Of a stretch of 56,069 nucleotides of DNA, positions 27,114 through 38,300 are shown in pieces. The stretch is from Bulleidia sp. (GTDB lineage Bacteria > Bacillota_I > Bacilli_A > Erysipelotrichales > Erysipelotrichaceae): assembly GCA_016293365.1 (NCBI GenBank), contig JAEDEK010000001.1, forward strand, positions 1-56,069, written 5' to 3'. Every line of letters starts with the position of its first letter. Position 1 is the first letter of the stretch. A model generated the notes under the pieces. That model did not search any database. It saw only the letters and a list, made by a program, of their open reading frames with translations, and had not been told where the DNA came from. The translations under genes were made by a program, and so were the position numbers.

Positions 27114-28187
27114 ATGCTGCGAAATGATCGAGTAAACAATGTCATGGAAAGACTGTCCTGTGATCAGCTTCTGATCTGTGATCCACTTTCCATATATTAT
27201 CTTTGTGAAAAGATGATTCATCCAGGAGAAAGGTTTCTCGGACTGCTGTTAAGAAGAAACAGAACACCGATCCTGTATGTCAATGAACTGTTCCGTTTTG
27301 AAGAGGAACTTGGTGTTGAAAAGAAATACTACAGCGACATCGATGATGTGGCTCAGCTTGTTGGAGTGGATACCGACCATTCTGCTGTCCTTGGTGTGGA
27401 CAAAATATTGCCGGCTCGTTTCCTTCTGCCGTTTATGGAACAGGGCATCGCTTCTGGATTCATGAACGGATCTGTTGCTGTGGATCATACAAGAGCAGTC
27501 AAGGATTCTGTTGAAATTGAACTGATGAGAGAGTCATCCCGCATCAACGATGCTGCAATGGCTCAGTTCAAAGGGCTGATTCATGATGGCGTCAGTGAAA
27601 AGGAAGTCGCAGCGCAGGTAATGGATATTTATCGCAGCCTTGGTGCGGAAGGTCTTTCCTTTCCTGCAATCGTGGCATTTGGCGTCAATGCGGCAGATCC
27701 GCATCATATGCCGGATGACACTGTTATAAAAGAAGGGGATGCGGTTTTATTTGATGTAGGCTGTGTCTATCATGGCTACTGCTCTGATATGACAAGAACA
27801 TTTTTCTATAAAAAAGGGCCGTCCAAAGAACAGGAAATTATCTATAATCTTGTGAAAAATGCCTGTGAAAGTGCAGAAGAATACGTACAGCCAGGTAGAA
27901 GGCTCTGCGATATTGACTCCATCGCAAGAGATATCATCACAGAAGGTGGATACGGGCCTTACTTTACCCATCGCCTTGGCCACTTCATCGGGCAGGAAGA
28001 TCATGAATATGGAGATGTTTCACAGGGATTTAAAGAAGTGACAGTTCCCGGCAATATCTTCTCGATCGAACCCGGCATCTATCATCCATCGATTCTTGGC
28101 TGCAGAATTGAAGATCTGATTCTTGTAACGGAAGATGGACATGAGGTGTTGAATCACTATCCAAGAGAAATTGAGATCATTGGCTGA
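27114..28187 (+). CDS. pepQ: Xaa-Pro peptidase (M24 family, PepQ-like)
   Basis: Creatinase-like N-terminal domain; metal ligands in FDVG..GYCSDMTRT, HRLGH.IG..DHE, SIEPGIY, RIED; start set at ATG 27114 after GAGGT. Confidence 0.88.
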   Translation: MLRNDRVNNVMERLSCDQLLICDPLSIYYLCEKMIHPGERFLGLLLRRNRTPILYVNELFRFEEELGVEKKYYSDIDDVAQLVGVDTDHSAVLGVDKILPARFLLPFMEQGIASGFMNGSVAVDHTRAVKDSVEIELMRESSRINDAAMAQFKGLIHDGVSEKEVAAQVMDIYRSLGAEGLSFPAIVAFGVNAADPHHMPDDTVIKEGDAVLFDVGCVYHGYCSDMTRTFFYKKGPSKEQEIIYNLVKNACESAEEYVQPGRRLCDIDSIARDIITEGGYGPYFTHRLGHFIGQEDHEYGDVSQGFKEVTVPGNIFSIEPGIYHPSILGCRIEDLILVTEDGHEVLNHYPREIEIIG

Positions 28188-28223
28188 TACCGCTGACTTG
28201 ATAAAACTGAAAAGAAATCTGCA

Positions 28224-28257
28224 GGGAAGATCAACGGACTGGATTGATCTTCCTTTT
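28224..28257 (+). terminator. Intrinsic terminator after pepQ
   Basis: GGAAGATCAA / TTGATCTTCC stem followed by TTTT. Confidence 0.75.
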
Positions 28258-28263
28258 CCATAT

Positions 28264-28285
28264 AAAAAACTGCCCACAGGCAGTT
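28264..28285 (-). terminator. Intrinsic terminator of pip
   Basis: On the minus strand AACTGCC-TGTG-GGCAGTT followed by TTTT, overlapping the stop codon. Confidence 0.7.
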
Positions 28286-29159
28286 ATCCGATATCATCCA
28301 GGAAATTCGTCAGGATGGCAATGTAGTGATCATTCTGTTCCGCAAAACACATATGGCGTGCACCGGCAAACAATTCCCATCGGCTGTCAGGGATCCGATC
28401 ATACATCGTTTTGGCAACAAGCGGCGTGCAAAGATCATCTGTTCCGGAAACAATCAATGTCGGTACATGGATTTCATGCAGGCGTGATGTATATTCATAG
28501 TTACGCAGAGTTCCTTCCGGCGTAAATTCATTGGGACCCCATCCGATCAGATAGGATTCAGATCCGGATTTCTTTTCCCGTCGCAGACATTCCGGATCAT
28601 CGTCCTGAATATCTGCACAGTGTCGTTTCATAAAATGATCCACGGCTGTTATCGCTTCCGGGGTGTTCCAGTTGCCGCTGCGTTCTGCACAGGCAATTGC
28701 CTGCTGATCTTCGGGTGACATCATCGCAATATTTCTGTGCTGTTCTTTGGACCACAACGAAGCGGATGACAGTGTACTGGAAAGAACAAGGCCTTTTACA
28801 CCGGCTGGCTTGCGGTCAAGCACATACATGATCGCAAGCATACCACCCCATGACTGACCAAGCAGAATCACTTCCTGCAGTTTCAGATGGTTCCGCAATG
28901 CTTCCAGCTCATCCAGCCATGTATCCTGATTCCATAGATCCGGTCTATGATCGACGTAACTGTTACCACAGCCAAGCTGGTCATACATGATGACATCTCT
29001 GCCGGTATCGGCAATGCTGTCGAGCAGTTCAAAATAGTTGTGGGTAGAGCCTGGACCTCCATGCAGCAATACAATCGGTGTTCTGACTCCACCTTTTACG
29101 ATACGGTAGTACGTTCTGTACTTTAGAAACGGCATATAGCCTTCGATTACTTTTCTCAT
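28284..29159 (-). CDS. pip: Proline iminopeptidase (alpha/beta hydrolase, S33)
   Basis: LLHGGPG, YDQLGCG, nucleophile motif GQSWGG, GPNEF, catalytic Asp (DDLCTP) and His (RHM); start moved to ATG 29159 (MRKVIEGYMPF). Confidence 0.92.
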   Translation of the reverse strand: MRKVIEGYMPFLKYRTYYRIVKGGVRTPIVLLHGGPGSTHNYFELLDSIADTGRDVIMYDQLGCGNSYVDHRPDLWNQDTWLDELEALRNHLKLQEVILLGQSWGGMLAIMYVLDRKPAGVKGLVLSSTLSSASLWSKEQHRNIAMMSPEDQQAIACAERSGNWNTPEAITAVDHFMKRHCADIQDDDPECLRREKKSGSESYLIGWGPNEFTPEGTLRNYEYTSRLHEIHVPTLIVSGTDDLCTPLVAKTMYDRIPDSRWELFAGARHMCFAEQNDHYIAILTNFLDDIG

Positions 29160-29213
29160 GCATTCATGATATACCTGAACTGCGTAAAAATCGATGAAAT
29201 TCATGAATTTGAG

Positions 29214-29242
29214 TTGACATGAAAACAGCGCACTGCTAATAT
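29214..29242 (+). promoter_or_regulatory. Sigma-A promoter of rplJ-rplL
   Basis: TTGACA-17nt-TAATAT with a TG extension. Confidence 0.75.
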
Positions 29243-29254
29243 AATGGACGTTAT

Positions 29255-29360
29255 CAAGTACCATAGACAGTAACGGCGGAAGCTTAATCATGTTACCGAG
29301 GTAGGAGAAGTTGAACAGTTGACTTTTGCGCCCTCGTGAATTCCGCGAGGGTTTATCTTA
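29255..29360 (+). ncRNA. L10 leader (ribosomal protein autoregulatory attenuator)
   Basis: AGACAGTAAC..GCTTAAT..GTTACCGAGG core followed by the CCCTCG/CGAGGG hairpin and a T-rich tract upstream of rplJ. Confidence 0.85.
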
Positions 29361-29394
29361 TGTGTATGCGATAACAAGATAGGAAGGTGAAGAA

Positions 29395-29949
29395 ATGAAT
29401 CAGACTGTTTTAGAGTCAAAAAAGGGTGTCGTTTCTGAAATTTCAGAAAAGTTCACGAATTCTTCTTCCACCGTTGTCGCAGAGTATCGTGGCCTCAGCG
29501 TAGCTGAAGTTACTGAACTCCGTAGAGCACTCAGAGCTGAAGGGGCAGAGATGAAGGTCTATAAGAACACTCTGGCTTCCAAGGCTGCTGACGCTGCAGG
29601 CTTTGGAGAACTGAAGGATGTCCTTACAGGTCCTAATGCCATCGCATTTGGTGGAGATGAAACAGGAGCTGCACGTGTTATGGCTAATTTCGCCAAGAAG
29701 CACGACGCACTCAAACTCAAGGGCGGTATTGTTGAAGGAAAGGTTGTAGATTGCGCTACAATCAATGAACTCGCTGCACTGCCAAACAGAGAAGGCATGC
29801 TCTCCATGCTGTTATCTGTACTGAACGCTCCAGTATCCGCATTCGCACGTGCTGTCAATGCTGTTGCTGAAGCAAGAGCTAACGGTGAAGGAACACCGGC
29901 TGAAGAACCAAAAGAAGAAGAAAAAGCTGCAGAGGAAGCAGCTGCCTAA
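29395..29949 (+). CDS. rplJ: 50S ribosomal protein L10
   Basis: [33 protein letters not shown]. Confidence 0.98.
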   Translation: MNQTVLESKKGVVSEISEKFTNSSSTVVAEYRGLSVAEVTELRRALRAEGAEMKVYKNTLASKAADAAGFGELKDVLTGPNAIAFGGDETGAARVMANFAKKHDALKLKGGIVEGKVVDCATINELAALPNREGMLSMLLSVLNAPVSAFARAVNAVAEARANGEGTPAEEPKEEEKAAEEAAA

Positions 29950-29963
29950 GGAGGAAAATTAAA

Positions 29964-30332
29964 ATGGCAAAGTTAACACAGGAAGAAATTCTTGCTTATT
30001 TAGATGAAGCTACAATTCTCGAACTCAACGAACTCGTAAAAGCAATCGAAGACAAGTATGGCGTATCTGCTGCTGCTCCAGTTGCAGTTGCAGCTGCTGC
30101 TCCAGCTGAAGAAGCTGCTCCTTCCACAGTTACAGTAGTACTGAAGGAAGTTGGTGCTTCCAAGGTTGGCGTTATCAAGGTTGTTCGTGGTATCACAGGC
30201 CTTGGTCTGGTTGACGCTAAGAAACTCGTTGACGGCGCTCCAGCAGAAATCAAGAAGGACATCTCCGTTGAAGAAGCTGAAGACATCAAGAAGCAGCTCA
30301 CAGACGCTGGTGCTACAGTTGAATTCAAATAA
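29964..30332 (+). CDS. rplL: 50S ribosomal protein L7/L12
   Basis: [11 protein letters not shown], Ala-rich hinge, [20 protein letters not shown]. Confidence 0.98.
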   Translation: MAKLTQEEILAYLDEATILELNELVKAIEDKYGVSAAAPVAVAAAAPAEEAAPSTVTVVLKEVGASKVGVIKVVRGITGLGLVDAKKLVDGAPAEIKKDISVEEAEDIKKQLTDAGATVEFK

Positions 30333-30362
30333 TTCACTACTGAAATCTTATTAAAACAATGA

Positions 30363-30393
30363 TGAAAGGCCGGATTACTGATTCGGCTTTTCA
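30363..30393 (+). terminator. Hairpin/terminator after rplL
   Basis: TGAAAGGCCG / CGGCTTTTCA stem. Confidence 0.65.
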
Positions 30394-30416
30394 GCCCTAG
30401 AAAGGAACCAGGTTAT

Positions 30417-31016
30417 ACGGCACACTATTATACCGACAACCGAAATCTGATCAAAAACCGGAAGGATCATTCTTTCCGGTTTTCGGGGCATCTGTTCACT
30501 TTTACGACAGACAATGGAGTTTTCTCGAAAACGGAAATTGATGAAGGGAGTGAAATTCTTCTTTCTGTCGTCTGTGAAAGAGGCATTCACGGGAGTGTTC
30601 TGGACCTTGGATGCGGCTATGGTGTCATCGGCATTACGTTGAAGACACAGTTTCCAGACACATCTGTCACAATGGCAGATATCAATCCCCGTGCAGTGGA
30701 ACTGGCACGGATTAACTGTGTGCAGAACAGCGCTCCATGCGAGTGCCTGATTTCTGACGGATTTGAAATGATCCAGGATACATTCGATTATGTCATTACA
30801 AACCCTCCGATCCGGACGGGTAAGAAAAACATATATGGAATGTTCGAGTCCGCATACCGGCATCTGAACCAGGATGGTGAGCTGATTGCGGTCATTCGAA
30901 GAAAGCAGGGCGCAGAAAGTGCTGTGAAGAAGTTTCAGGAAATCTTCGGCAACTGCACGATTCTTGAAAGAGATCGTGGTTTCTGGGTAATCCAGGGGCG
31001 GAAATTGACGGATTGA
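30417..31016 (+). CDS. RsmC/YbxB-like class I SAM-dependent methyltransferase with a probable non-canonical ACG start
   Basis: Frame is open from ACG 30417: xAHYYTDN..FTTDNGVFSK..ID..LDLGCGYG..DIN..SDG..TNPPIRTGK; 199 aa; conserved position between rplL and rpoB; the ORF-track start at 30639 omits the SAM motif. Confidence 0.85.
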   Translation, partial: TAHYYTDNRNLIKNRKDHSFRFSGHLFTFTTDNGVFSKTEIDEGSEILLSVVCERGIHGSVLDLGCGYGVIGITLKTQFPDTSVTMADINPRAVELARINCVQNSAPCECLISDGFEMIQDTFDYVITNPPIRTGKKNIYGMFESAYRHLNQDGELIAVIRRKQGAESAVKKFQEIFGNCTILERDRGFWVIQGRKLTD

Positions 31017-31034
31017 ATGAAACCGTGTTAATAT
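31005..31034 (+). promoter_or_regulatory. Promoter of rpoB-rpoC
   Basis: TTGACG-18nt-TAATAT with a TG extension. Confidence 0.65.
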
Positions 31035-31118
31035 ATTAAATTGTAAAAAAGTCGAATTAAACAGGGGTAAACTGCCCTTTTTCGGCGTTAAGCAATGCAG
31101 GCGAAAGGATGGCGAAAT

Positions 31119-34100
31119 ATGGACACAAAGCAGACATACCACGTTGTGCATTACGGCAACAAAGCTGTTCGCAGAGATTATTCCAAAGTATCTTCCGGTC
31201 TTGAAATGCCGGATCTGACTGAAATTCAGACAGACTCTTTTGACTGGTTTCTTAAGGAAGGAATCCGTGAGGTATTTGAAGATATTTACCCGATTTCCAA
31301 CTATAACGGAAACATCCGTCTGAAGTTCCTGGATTATGAATTCGGTGAGCCTAAGTACACAATCAATGAATGCAAGTACAAAGAGATCAACTATTGTGCT
31401 CCTTTAAAGGCACGCATGGAGCTCGAAGTTGTAGATCCGGAAACAGGTGAAGTCCTGACAAAGTGGGAAGAAGTGTTCCTCGGAGACTTCCCTCTGATGA
31501 CACCAACCGGCACATTCATTATCAACGGTGCGGAACGCGTTATCGTTTCACAGATCGTACGTTCTCCTGGTGCTTACTTCGATATCGTCAACGAAGAAAG
31601 AACAGGTAAGGATACATACACATGTGAACTGATCCCAAGCCGTGGTACATGGCTGGAATTCATGAGTGATGACAAGAAGGCAGCGCTTGGTCGTATTCTC
31701 AATGTATCAATCGACCGTAGAAGAAAGATTCTTTCCTCTATTCTTTTCAAGGCTATCGGCATGTCCCTCAATCACGAAAAGGGCGACGATGCATTTGATA
31801 CAACCGGCATGAAGAAGTTCCTCAAGGCTCTTGGCCATGAGGTATATGAAGATGTTGTTGTGCCGGAGGAAACCCGCGAATATCAGAACGACTACATGCT
31901 TCTGTATACATCTGTATTCGGAAACTATGAAGAAGTGAAGAATACTCTTGCGGCAGATAAGACAAATACAACACAGGAAGCGTTATTAAGTGTATATGAA
32001 AACCAGAGAGCAGATGAAATTGCTACTGTGGATGGTGCACTTAACCTGATGGACGCAAAGTTCTTCGATTATCGAAGATATGACCTGACAAAGGCAGGTC
32101 GTTACAAGGTCAGAAAGAAGCTGAACATTCTGGATCGTATGGAAGGCAATATTCTGGCTGAAGATCTGATCGGTGCCAACGGCAGACTGCTTGCCAGAAA
32201 GGGTACTGAAGTAACAAAGGAAGTACGCAACCGTCTTCGCGACGAAATCAACAGAGGTATCAATATGAGAGCTCTGCCTTTCGTCCACAGATTCTCTCAT
32301 CCTACTGTTGCAACTGTAACAGTCAAGGGAAATGAAAGCTGCCTGGTCGGCCGTGTTCTTGCGGAAGATCTGGAAGGTGAATCCGATCGCGCAAACAGCG
32401 AAATGGGTACTGTTCTGACAGAAGAAGATGTAAAAGCAATTGCTGCTGAATTTGAAACAGTTGATATCTACACAGGCATCTATGCACAGCCTGTAAAAGT
32501 AAACAACAACAATGTCAACGCCGTTCTGAACTATGGCAACCGTCTGTATGTGATCGCCCGAGCAACAAAGGATGATCTTGATATCACGAATGAAGAAGGT
32601 GAACTGCTCGTTTCCCGCTACATCCCTGATATGGAACTGGATGTTCTGACTGTTGCAGGTAAGGAAGCTGTTACAGCAGCTGCTACAAAGGAAGAAGGCG
32701 TTACACTGTGGCTTGTCGGTGCAGCTGTTCAGGAAATCTATGTGGAGACAATTGACGGTGCACGTGTCAAGCTGATCGGTATCGATCCGCTCAATGACAA
32801 GCATACAATCACAATGAGTGACATGTATGCACTGTATGACTATGAACTGACAATGCTGGATGGTGTCGGAAATCAGGATGACATCGATATGCTTGCCAAC
32901 AGACGTATCCGTACGGTTGGTGAATTGATTCAGAACCAGTTCCGTATCGGTCTTTCCCGTATGGAAAGAGTCGTCAAGGAAAGAATGTCCATTTCCGAAG
33001 TGGCAAGTCTGACACCAAAGCAGCTGACAAATACACGCCCGCTGACTGCTGCAATCAAGGAGTTCTTCTCCTCTTCCCAGCTGTCCCAGTTCATGGACCA
33101 GGAAAACCCACTGGCTGAGCTTTCCAACAAAAGACGTATCTCCGCCCTTGGTCCTGGTGGTCTGACACGTGAAAGAGCAAGCTTTGAAGTACGTGATATT
33201 CACAACTCTCACTATGGTAGAATCTGTCCGATTGAAACACCGGAAGGTCCGAACATCGGTCTGATCAACTACCTGACAACATATGCAAAGGTCAATGAAT
33301 ACGGCTTCCTGGAAACACCTTACCGTAAGGTGGAAAAGGACGGCACACTGACCAACGAAATCCGCTATATGGATGCAGCTGAAGAATACGATCATGTCAT
33401 TGCCCAGGTCGATGAAATCGTCGATGGAAAGCTGGTCGGTGATCAGGTGGTTGCCCGTATTGCCGGTGAAACAGTCATGGTTTCAACAGATGAAGTTGAC
33501 TATGCGGACGTATCCCCTCGTCAGACAGTATCTGTCGCTACCGCATGCGTTCCTTTCCTGGAAAACGATGACGGACACAGAGCTCTGATGGGTGCCAACA
33601 TGCAGCGTCAGGCCGTACCGCTTCTCAATCCGCATTCTCCATATGTAGGAACAGGTATGGAATATGCTGTAGGCCGTTATTCCGGTGCAGCGTGCGTCGC
33701 CACAGCGGAAGGTACAGTCACATATGTGGATGCAAGGACAATCATTACAGAAGATGACAACGGTAAGGAAACCGTTTATCAGCTGACAAAGTATGACCGT
33801 TCCAACTCTTCAACATGTCTGAATCAGAAGCCGATTGTATGGCAGGGCGAAAGAGTCAGACCTGGTGACATCCTTGCGGATGGTCCATCCATGGAAAACG
33901 GAGAACTTGCACTTGGTCAGAACGTTACAGTAGCCTTCATGACATGGCATGGTTACAACTACGAAGATGCTGTCATCATGTCTGAAAGAATGCAGTCTGA
34001 AGACTTCTATACATCTGTTCATATCGAAGAATATGACATTGAATGCCGCAGCACAAAACTCGGTGATGAAGAAATCACACGTGATATTCCGAATGTATCC

Positions 34101-35291
34101 GAAAGTGCATGCCGTAATCTGGACTCCCGTGGTATTGTCATGGTTGGTGCAGAAGTCCGTGAAGGTGATATCCTTGTCGGAAAGGTCACCCCAAAGGGAC
34201 AGTCCGAAGCCACACCAGAAGAAAAGCTGCTGCTTGCCATCTTCGGTGAAAAGTCCAGAGAAGTCCGTGATAACTCCCTGAAGGTACCTCATGGCGGTGC
34301 CGGTACAGTTCACAGCGTCCGCGTCTTCAACAGAAAAGACAAGGATACAGAACTGGCACCTGGTGTCAATGAAGTCGTCAAGGTCTATATTGTTCAGAAG
34401 AGAAAGATTTCTGAAGGTGACAAGATGGCCGGCCGTCACGGTAACAAGGGTGTCATTTCCAAGATCAATCCGGTCGAAGATATGCCATATATGGAAGATG
34501 GTACACCGATCGATATCATGCTGAACCCATTCGGCGTTCCTTCCCGTATGAACATCGGTCAGGTGCTTGAACTCCATCTTGGTATGGCAGCCAAGGCATT
34601 AGGCGTCAAGTTTGCTACACCGGTATTCGATGGTGTATCCAATGAAGACCTCAGAGACATCATGGCTGAAGCAGGCGTATCTGCCGATGGCAAGTATGTT
34701 CTGCATGATGGTATGACTGGTGAAGCATACGATGAACGTATCTCCGTCGGTGTCATGTACATGATCAAGCTGGCGCACATGGTCGACGACAAGCTGCACG
34801 CACGTGCAACAGGTCCATACTCATTGGTAACTCAGCAGCCGTTAGGTGGTAAGGCACAGAATGGTGGTCAGAGATTCGGTGAAATGGAAGTCTGGGCTCT
34901 GGAAGGCTATGGTGCTGCATATACATTACAGGAAATCCTCACTGTCAAGTCTGACGACATCATGGGTAGAACAAAGACCTATGAAGCGATTGTCAAGGGT
35001 AAGGATCTGCCGGAACCTGGTATTCCGGAATCCTTCCGTGTCATGGTCCACGAACTTCAGGCACTGGCTCTGGATGTACGCATGATGGATGATGAAGGCA
35101 ATGAAATGGATCTCAAGCAGATGGAACAGGAAGAACTCAAGGAAGAAACAACCCTTGATATGTCCCGTCAGAATTACGTCAGCGCTGCAGAAGACATCGA
35201 TGCTCTGACCATCAAGGATGGCCTGGAAGATGATCTGCCTGAAGAAGCTGCAGTCGTCGGTGTCGACGACATGGACTATGGTGAAGAATAA
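31119..35291 (+). CDS. rpoB: DNA-directed RNA polymerase subunit beta
   Basis: [66 protein letters not shown]; start set at ATG 31119. Confidence 0.99.
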   Translation: MDTKQTYHVVHYGNKAVRRDYSKVSSGLEMPDLTEIQTDSFDWFLKEGIREVFEDIYPISNYNGNIRLKFLDYEFGEPKYTINECKYKEINYCAPLKARMELEVVDPETGEVLTKWEEVFLGDFPLMTPTGTFIINGAERVIVSQIVRSPGAYFDIVNEERTGKDTYTCELIPSRGTWLEFMSDDKKAALGRILNVSIDRRRKILSSILFKAIGMSLNHEKGDDAFDTTGMKKFLKALGHEVYEDVVVPEETREYQNDYMLLYTSVFGNYEEVKNTLAADKTNTTQEALLSVYENQRADEIATVDGALNLMDAKFFDYRRYDLTKAGRYKVRKKLNILDRMEGNILAEDLIGANGRLLARKGTEVTKEVRNRLRDEINRGINMRALPFVHRFSHPTVATVTVKGNESCLVGRVLAEDLEGESDRANSEMGTVLTEEDVKAIAAEFETVDIYTGIYAQPVKVNNNNVNAVLNYGNRLYVIARATKDDLDITNEEGELLVSRYIPDMELDVLTVAGKEAVTAAATKEEGVTLWLVGAAVQEIYVETIDGARVKLIGIDPLNDKHTITMSDMYALYDYELTMLDGVGNQDDIDMLANRRIRTVGELIQNQFRIGLSRMERVVKERMSISEVASLTPKQLTNTRPLTAAIKEFFSSSQLSQFMDQENPLAELSNKRRISALGPGGLTRERASFEVRDIHNSHYGRICPIETPEGPNIGLINYLTTYAKVNEYGFLETPYRKVEKDGTLTNEIRYMDAAEEYDHVIAQVDEIVDGKLVGDQVVARIAGETVMVSTDEVDYADVSPRQTVSVATACVPFLENDDGHRALMGANMQRQAVPLLNPHSPYVGTGMEYAVGRYSGAACVATAEGTVTYVDARTIITEDDNGKETVYQLTKYDRSNSSTCLNQKPIVWQGERVRPGDILADGPSMENGELALGQNVTVAFMTWHGYNYEDAVIMSERMQSEDFYTSVHIEEYDIECRSTKLGDEEITRDIPNVSESACRNLDSRGIVMVGAEVREGDILVGKVTPKGQSEATPEEKLLLAIFGEKSREVRDNSLKVPHGGAGTVHSVRVFNRKDKDTELAPGVNEVVKVYIVQKRKISEGDKMAGRHGNKGVISKINPVEDMPYMEDGTPIDIMLNPFGVPSRMNIGQVLELHLGMAAKALGVKFATPVFDGVSNEDLRDIMAEAGVSADGKYVLHDGMTGEAYDERISVGVMYMIKLAHMVDDKLHARATGPYSLVTQQPLGGKAQNGGQRFGEMEVWALEGYGAAYTLQEILTVKSDDIMGRTKTYEAIVKGKDLPEPGIPESFRVMVHELQALALDVRMMDDEGNEMDLKQMEQEELKEETTLDMSRQNYVSAAEDIDALTIKDGLEDDLPEEAAVVGVDDMDYGEE

Positions 35292-35306
35292 GGAGGATGC
35301 AGTCAG

Positions 35307-38300
35307 ATGAATATCAACAATTTTACGGCGATGAAAATCGGACTCGCCTCACCTGAAAAAATCCGTGAATGGTCCTATGGCGAAGTAAAGAAGCCTGAAA
35401 CAATCAATTACCGTTCTCAGAAACCTGAAAAGGACGGTCTGTTCTGCGAGCGCATTTTCGGTCCTCAGAAGGACTGGGAATGTGCCTGCGGAAAATACAA
35501 GAAGATCCGTTACCAGGGTGTCGTATGTGACCGCTGTGGTGTTGAAATCACAAAGTCTTCTGTCAGAAGAGAAAGAATGGGTCATATTGAACTGGCGGCT
35601 CCAGTCGCTCACATCTGGTATTTAAGAGGTATTCCATCCAGAATGTCTCTGCTGCTGAACATCCCACCGAAGCAGCTGGAAGAAGTCGTTTACTTCGTCT
35701 GCTGGGTTGTTACGGATCCAGGTGATACAGGTCTTGCATACAAGCAGATCCTGCGTGAAAACGAACTCCGTCATCTGACGGCTGAATACGGTCCTGGCTC
35801 CTTCGTGGCACAGACCGGTGCCGAAGCTGTCAGAACCCTGCTCGAACAGGTTGATGTTCAGGCAGAATATGATGGAATCATGAAGGAACTGGAAGGCACA
35901 ACCGGTGAAAAGCGTAAGAAACTGATCAAGCGTCTGGACACAGTTGAAGCATTCCTGCATTCCGATAACAAGCCGGAATGGATGGTCATGACAGTACTTC
36001 CTGTCATTCCACCGGATTTAAGACCGATGTTACAGCTGGATGGTGGCCGTTTCGCCACATCCGATCTGAATGACCTGTACCGTAGAGTCATTACACGTAA
36101 CAACCGTCTGAAGAAACTGCTGGAACTCGGTACTCCGGCAATCATCGTTCAGAATGAAAAGAGAATGCTGCAGGAAGCAGTAGATGCATTGATTGATAAC
36201 GGACGTCGTTCCAAGCCGATTACAGGTGCAGGTGGACGTGCGCTGAAGTCTCTGTCTCATTCCCTCAAGGGTAAGCAGGGTCGTTTCCGTCAGAACCTGT
36301 TAGGTAAGCGTGTCGACTTCTCTGGCCGTTCCGTTATTGCGATCGGTCCATATCTGAAGATGTGGCAGTGTGGTCTGCCGAAGGAAATGGCATTATCTCT
36401 GTATAAGCCGTTTGTCATCAATGAACTTGTCAATCAGCAGATTGCTACAAACCCAAAGACTGCGGAAAGACTGATCAACCGTCAGGATCCACGTGTCTGG
36501 GACTGTGTGGAAAAGGTCATTGAAGGACATCCTGTCTTCCTGAACCGTGCACCTACACTGCACAGACTTGGTATTCAGGCATTCTTCCCTCGTCTTGTTG
36601 AAGGACGTGCAATCCGTGTTCATCCATTAGTATGTCCAGCCTTCAACGCTGACTTTGACGGTGACCAGATGGCTGTCCATCTCCCACTTGGAGAAATGGC
36701 AAGAGCCGAGACAGAAGTACTGATGCTTGGTGCCAATAACATTCTTGGTCCTAAGGATGGTAAGCCGATCGTTACTCCAGGTCAGGACCTTGTTCTTGGT
36801 AACTTCTATCTGAACATGGAAGAAAAGGCAGAAGAGTTCTATGCCAAGGCTGATCGTCTGGAAGCACTTGGAGAAAAGGTCGAAGCTGAAAAGTGGAGAA
36901 GATATGGTGAAAACGAAGGTCATGTCTTCAAGGATATCAATGAAATCCTGATGGCATATGATACACATGTTGTCCATCTGCACTCCAGAATCGCCGTACC
37001 TGCAAATGCAGTCGGCAAGACATGCTTTACGGAAGAACAGAACGGCAAGTATCTGGTTACTACTGTCGGTAAGATCATCTTCAACCAGGCTCTGCCTGCG
37101 GACTTCCCATATGTTAATGAAGCCAGTGCAAAAGCACTTGTCGCTACACCGGATTCTGAATTCCTGCCGATGGGCGCTGATATCCGCAAGGAAATTTCTG
37201 AACGTCCATTACATGCAGAATTCAAGAAGAAGGACCTGGGAAATCTGATTGCGGCAGTATTTGACAAGTACAAGAACGGTGACGGTTTTGTGGATTCCCA
37301 CATTACAAGAACATCCGATGTCCTCGATAACCTCAAGGATATGGGTTACCTGTACTCTACAGTGGCAGGTATGACTGTAGCTCTTTCTGATATCAAGGTT
37401 GCTCCACATAAGGACGACATGGTTGAAGAAGGTAAGAAGCAGGCTGAAGTACTCAACAGACTCAGAGACAGAGGTCTTCTTACTCCACAGGAATGGGAAG
37501 CTCAGTTCTCCAAGCTCTGGTACGATATCAAGGAACACGTCGGTGATACACTGATGGCTTCCTTACCGAGAATGTCACCGATTAACATGATGGCAGTCTC
37601 TGGTGCCCGTGGTAACAAGAACCACTTTACTCAGCTTGCAGGTATGCGTGGTCTGATGGCACGTCCTACTCAGTCCAAGTCCAAGACATACCAGCCATCC
37701 ATTATCGAAGTCCCGATTTACTCTTCTTTCCGTGAAGGTATGACGGTGTCTGAATTCTTCAACGCATCTCATGGTGTACGTAAGGGTCTGACCGATACCG
37801 CTCTGAAGACTGCTGAATCCGGTTATCTGACAAGAAGACTTGTCGATGTCGCTCAGGAAGTCGTCATCACAGAAGAAGACTGTGGAACAGAACGTGGTTA
37901 TCTGATTGACGGATCTGCTGCATATACTGACCAGCTTGGAAACATCAAACAGGATACATATGGTGCAATCTTCGATAACAAGAACGGTTCCATCATTGAA
38001 TCCATGTTTGACAGACTTGCCGGATATTACACAGCAAGTGATGTCATTCATCCGGAAACAGGTGAACTGCTTGTTGAAGCAGATACATATCTGACAGATG
38101 ATCTGGCAAGAAAGTGCGCAGATGCTCACGCTCTTGTATATATCCGTAACGTCTTCACATGTGAAGCGGAAAAGGGTATCTGCCGTAAGTGCTATGGCCG
38201 TAACATGGCTACAGGCAACCTGGTAGAAGAAGGTGAAGCTGTTGGTATCATGGCTGCACAGGCAATCGGTGAACCAGGTACACAGCTGACAATGAGATCC

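Noticed and set aside
26238..27221. 327-aa antisense ORF over rplK-rplA
   Set aside because: Shadow ORF expected from the biased codon usage of highly expressed genes.
30375..31151. 258-aa minus-strand ORF as an alternative to the methyltransferase
   Set aside because: No motifs; the plus-strand frame carries the full methyltransferase motif set and the expected synteny.
32100..32880. RpoB insertion as a possible intein
   Set aside because: No Cys/Ser start with His-Asn end and no LAGLIDADG motif; it resembles repeated lineage-specific RNA polymerase modules.
31986..33395. 469-aa antisense ORF within rpoB (also 37575-38699 within rpoC)
   Set aside because: Mirror-frame ORFs caused by scarcity of TTA, CTA and TCA codons on the sense strand; no independent coding evidence.
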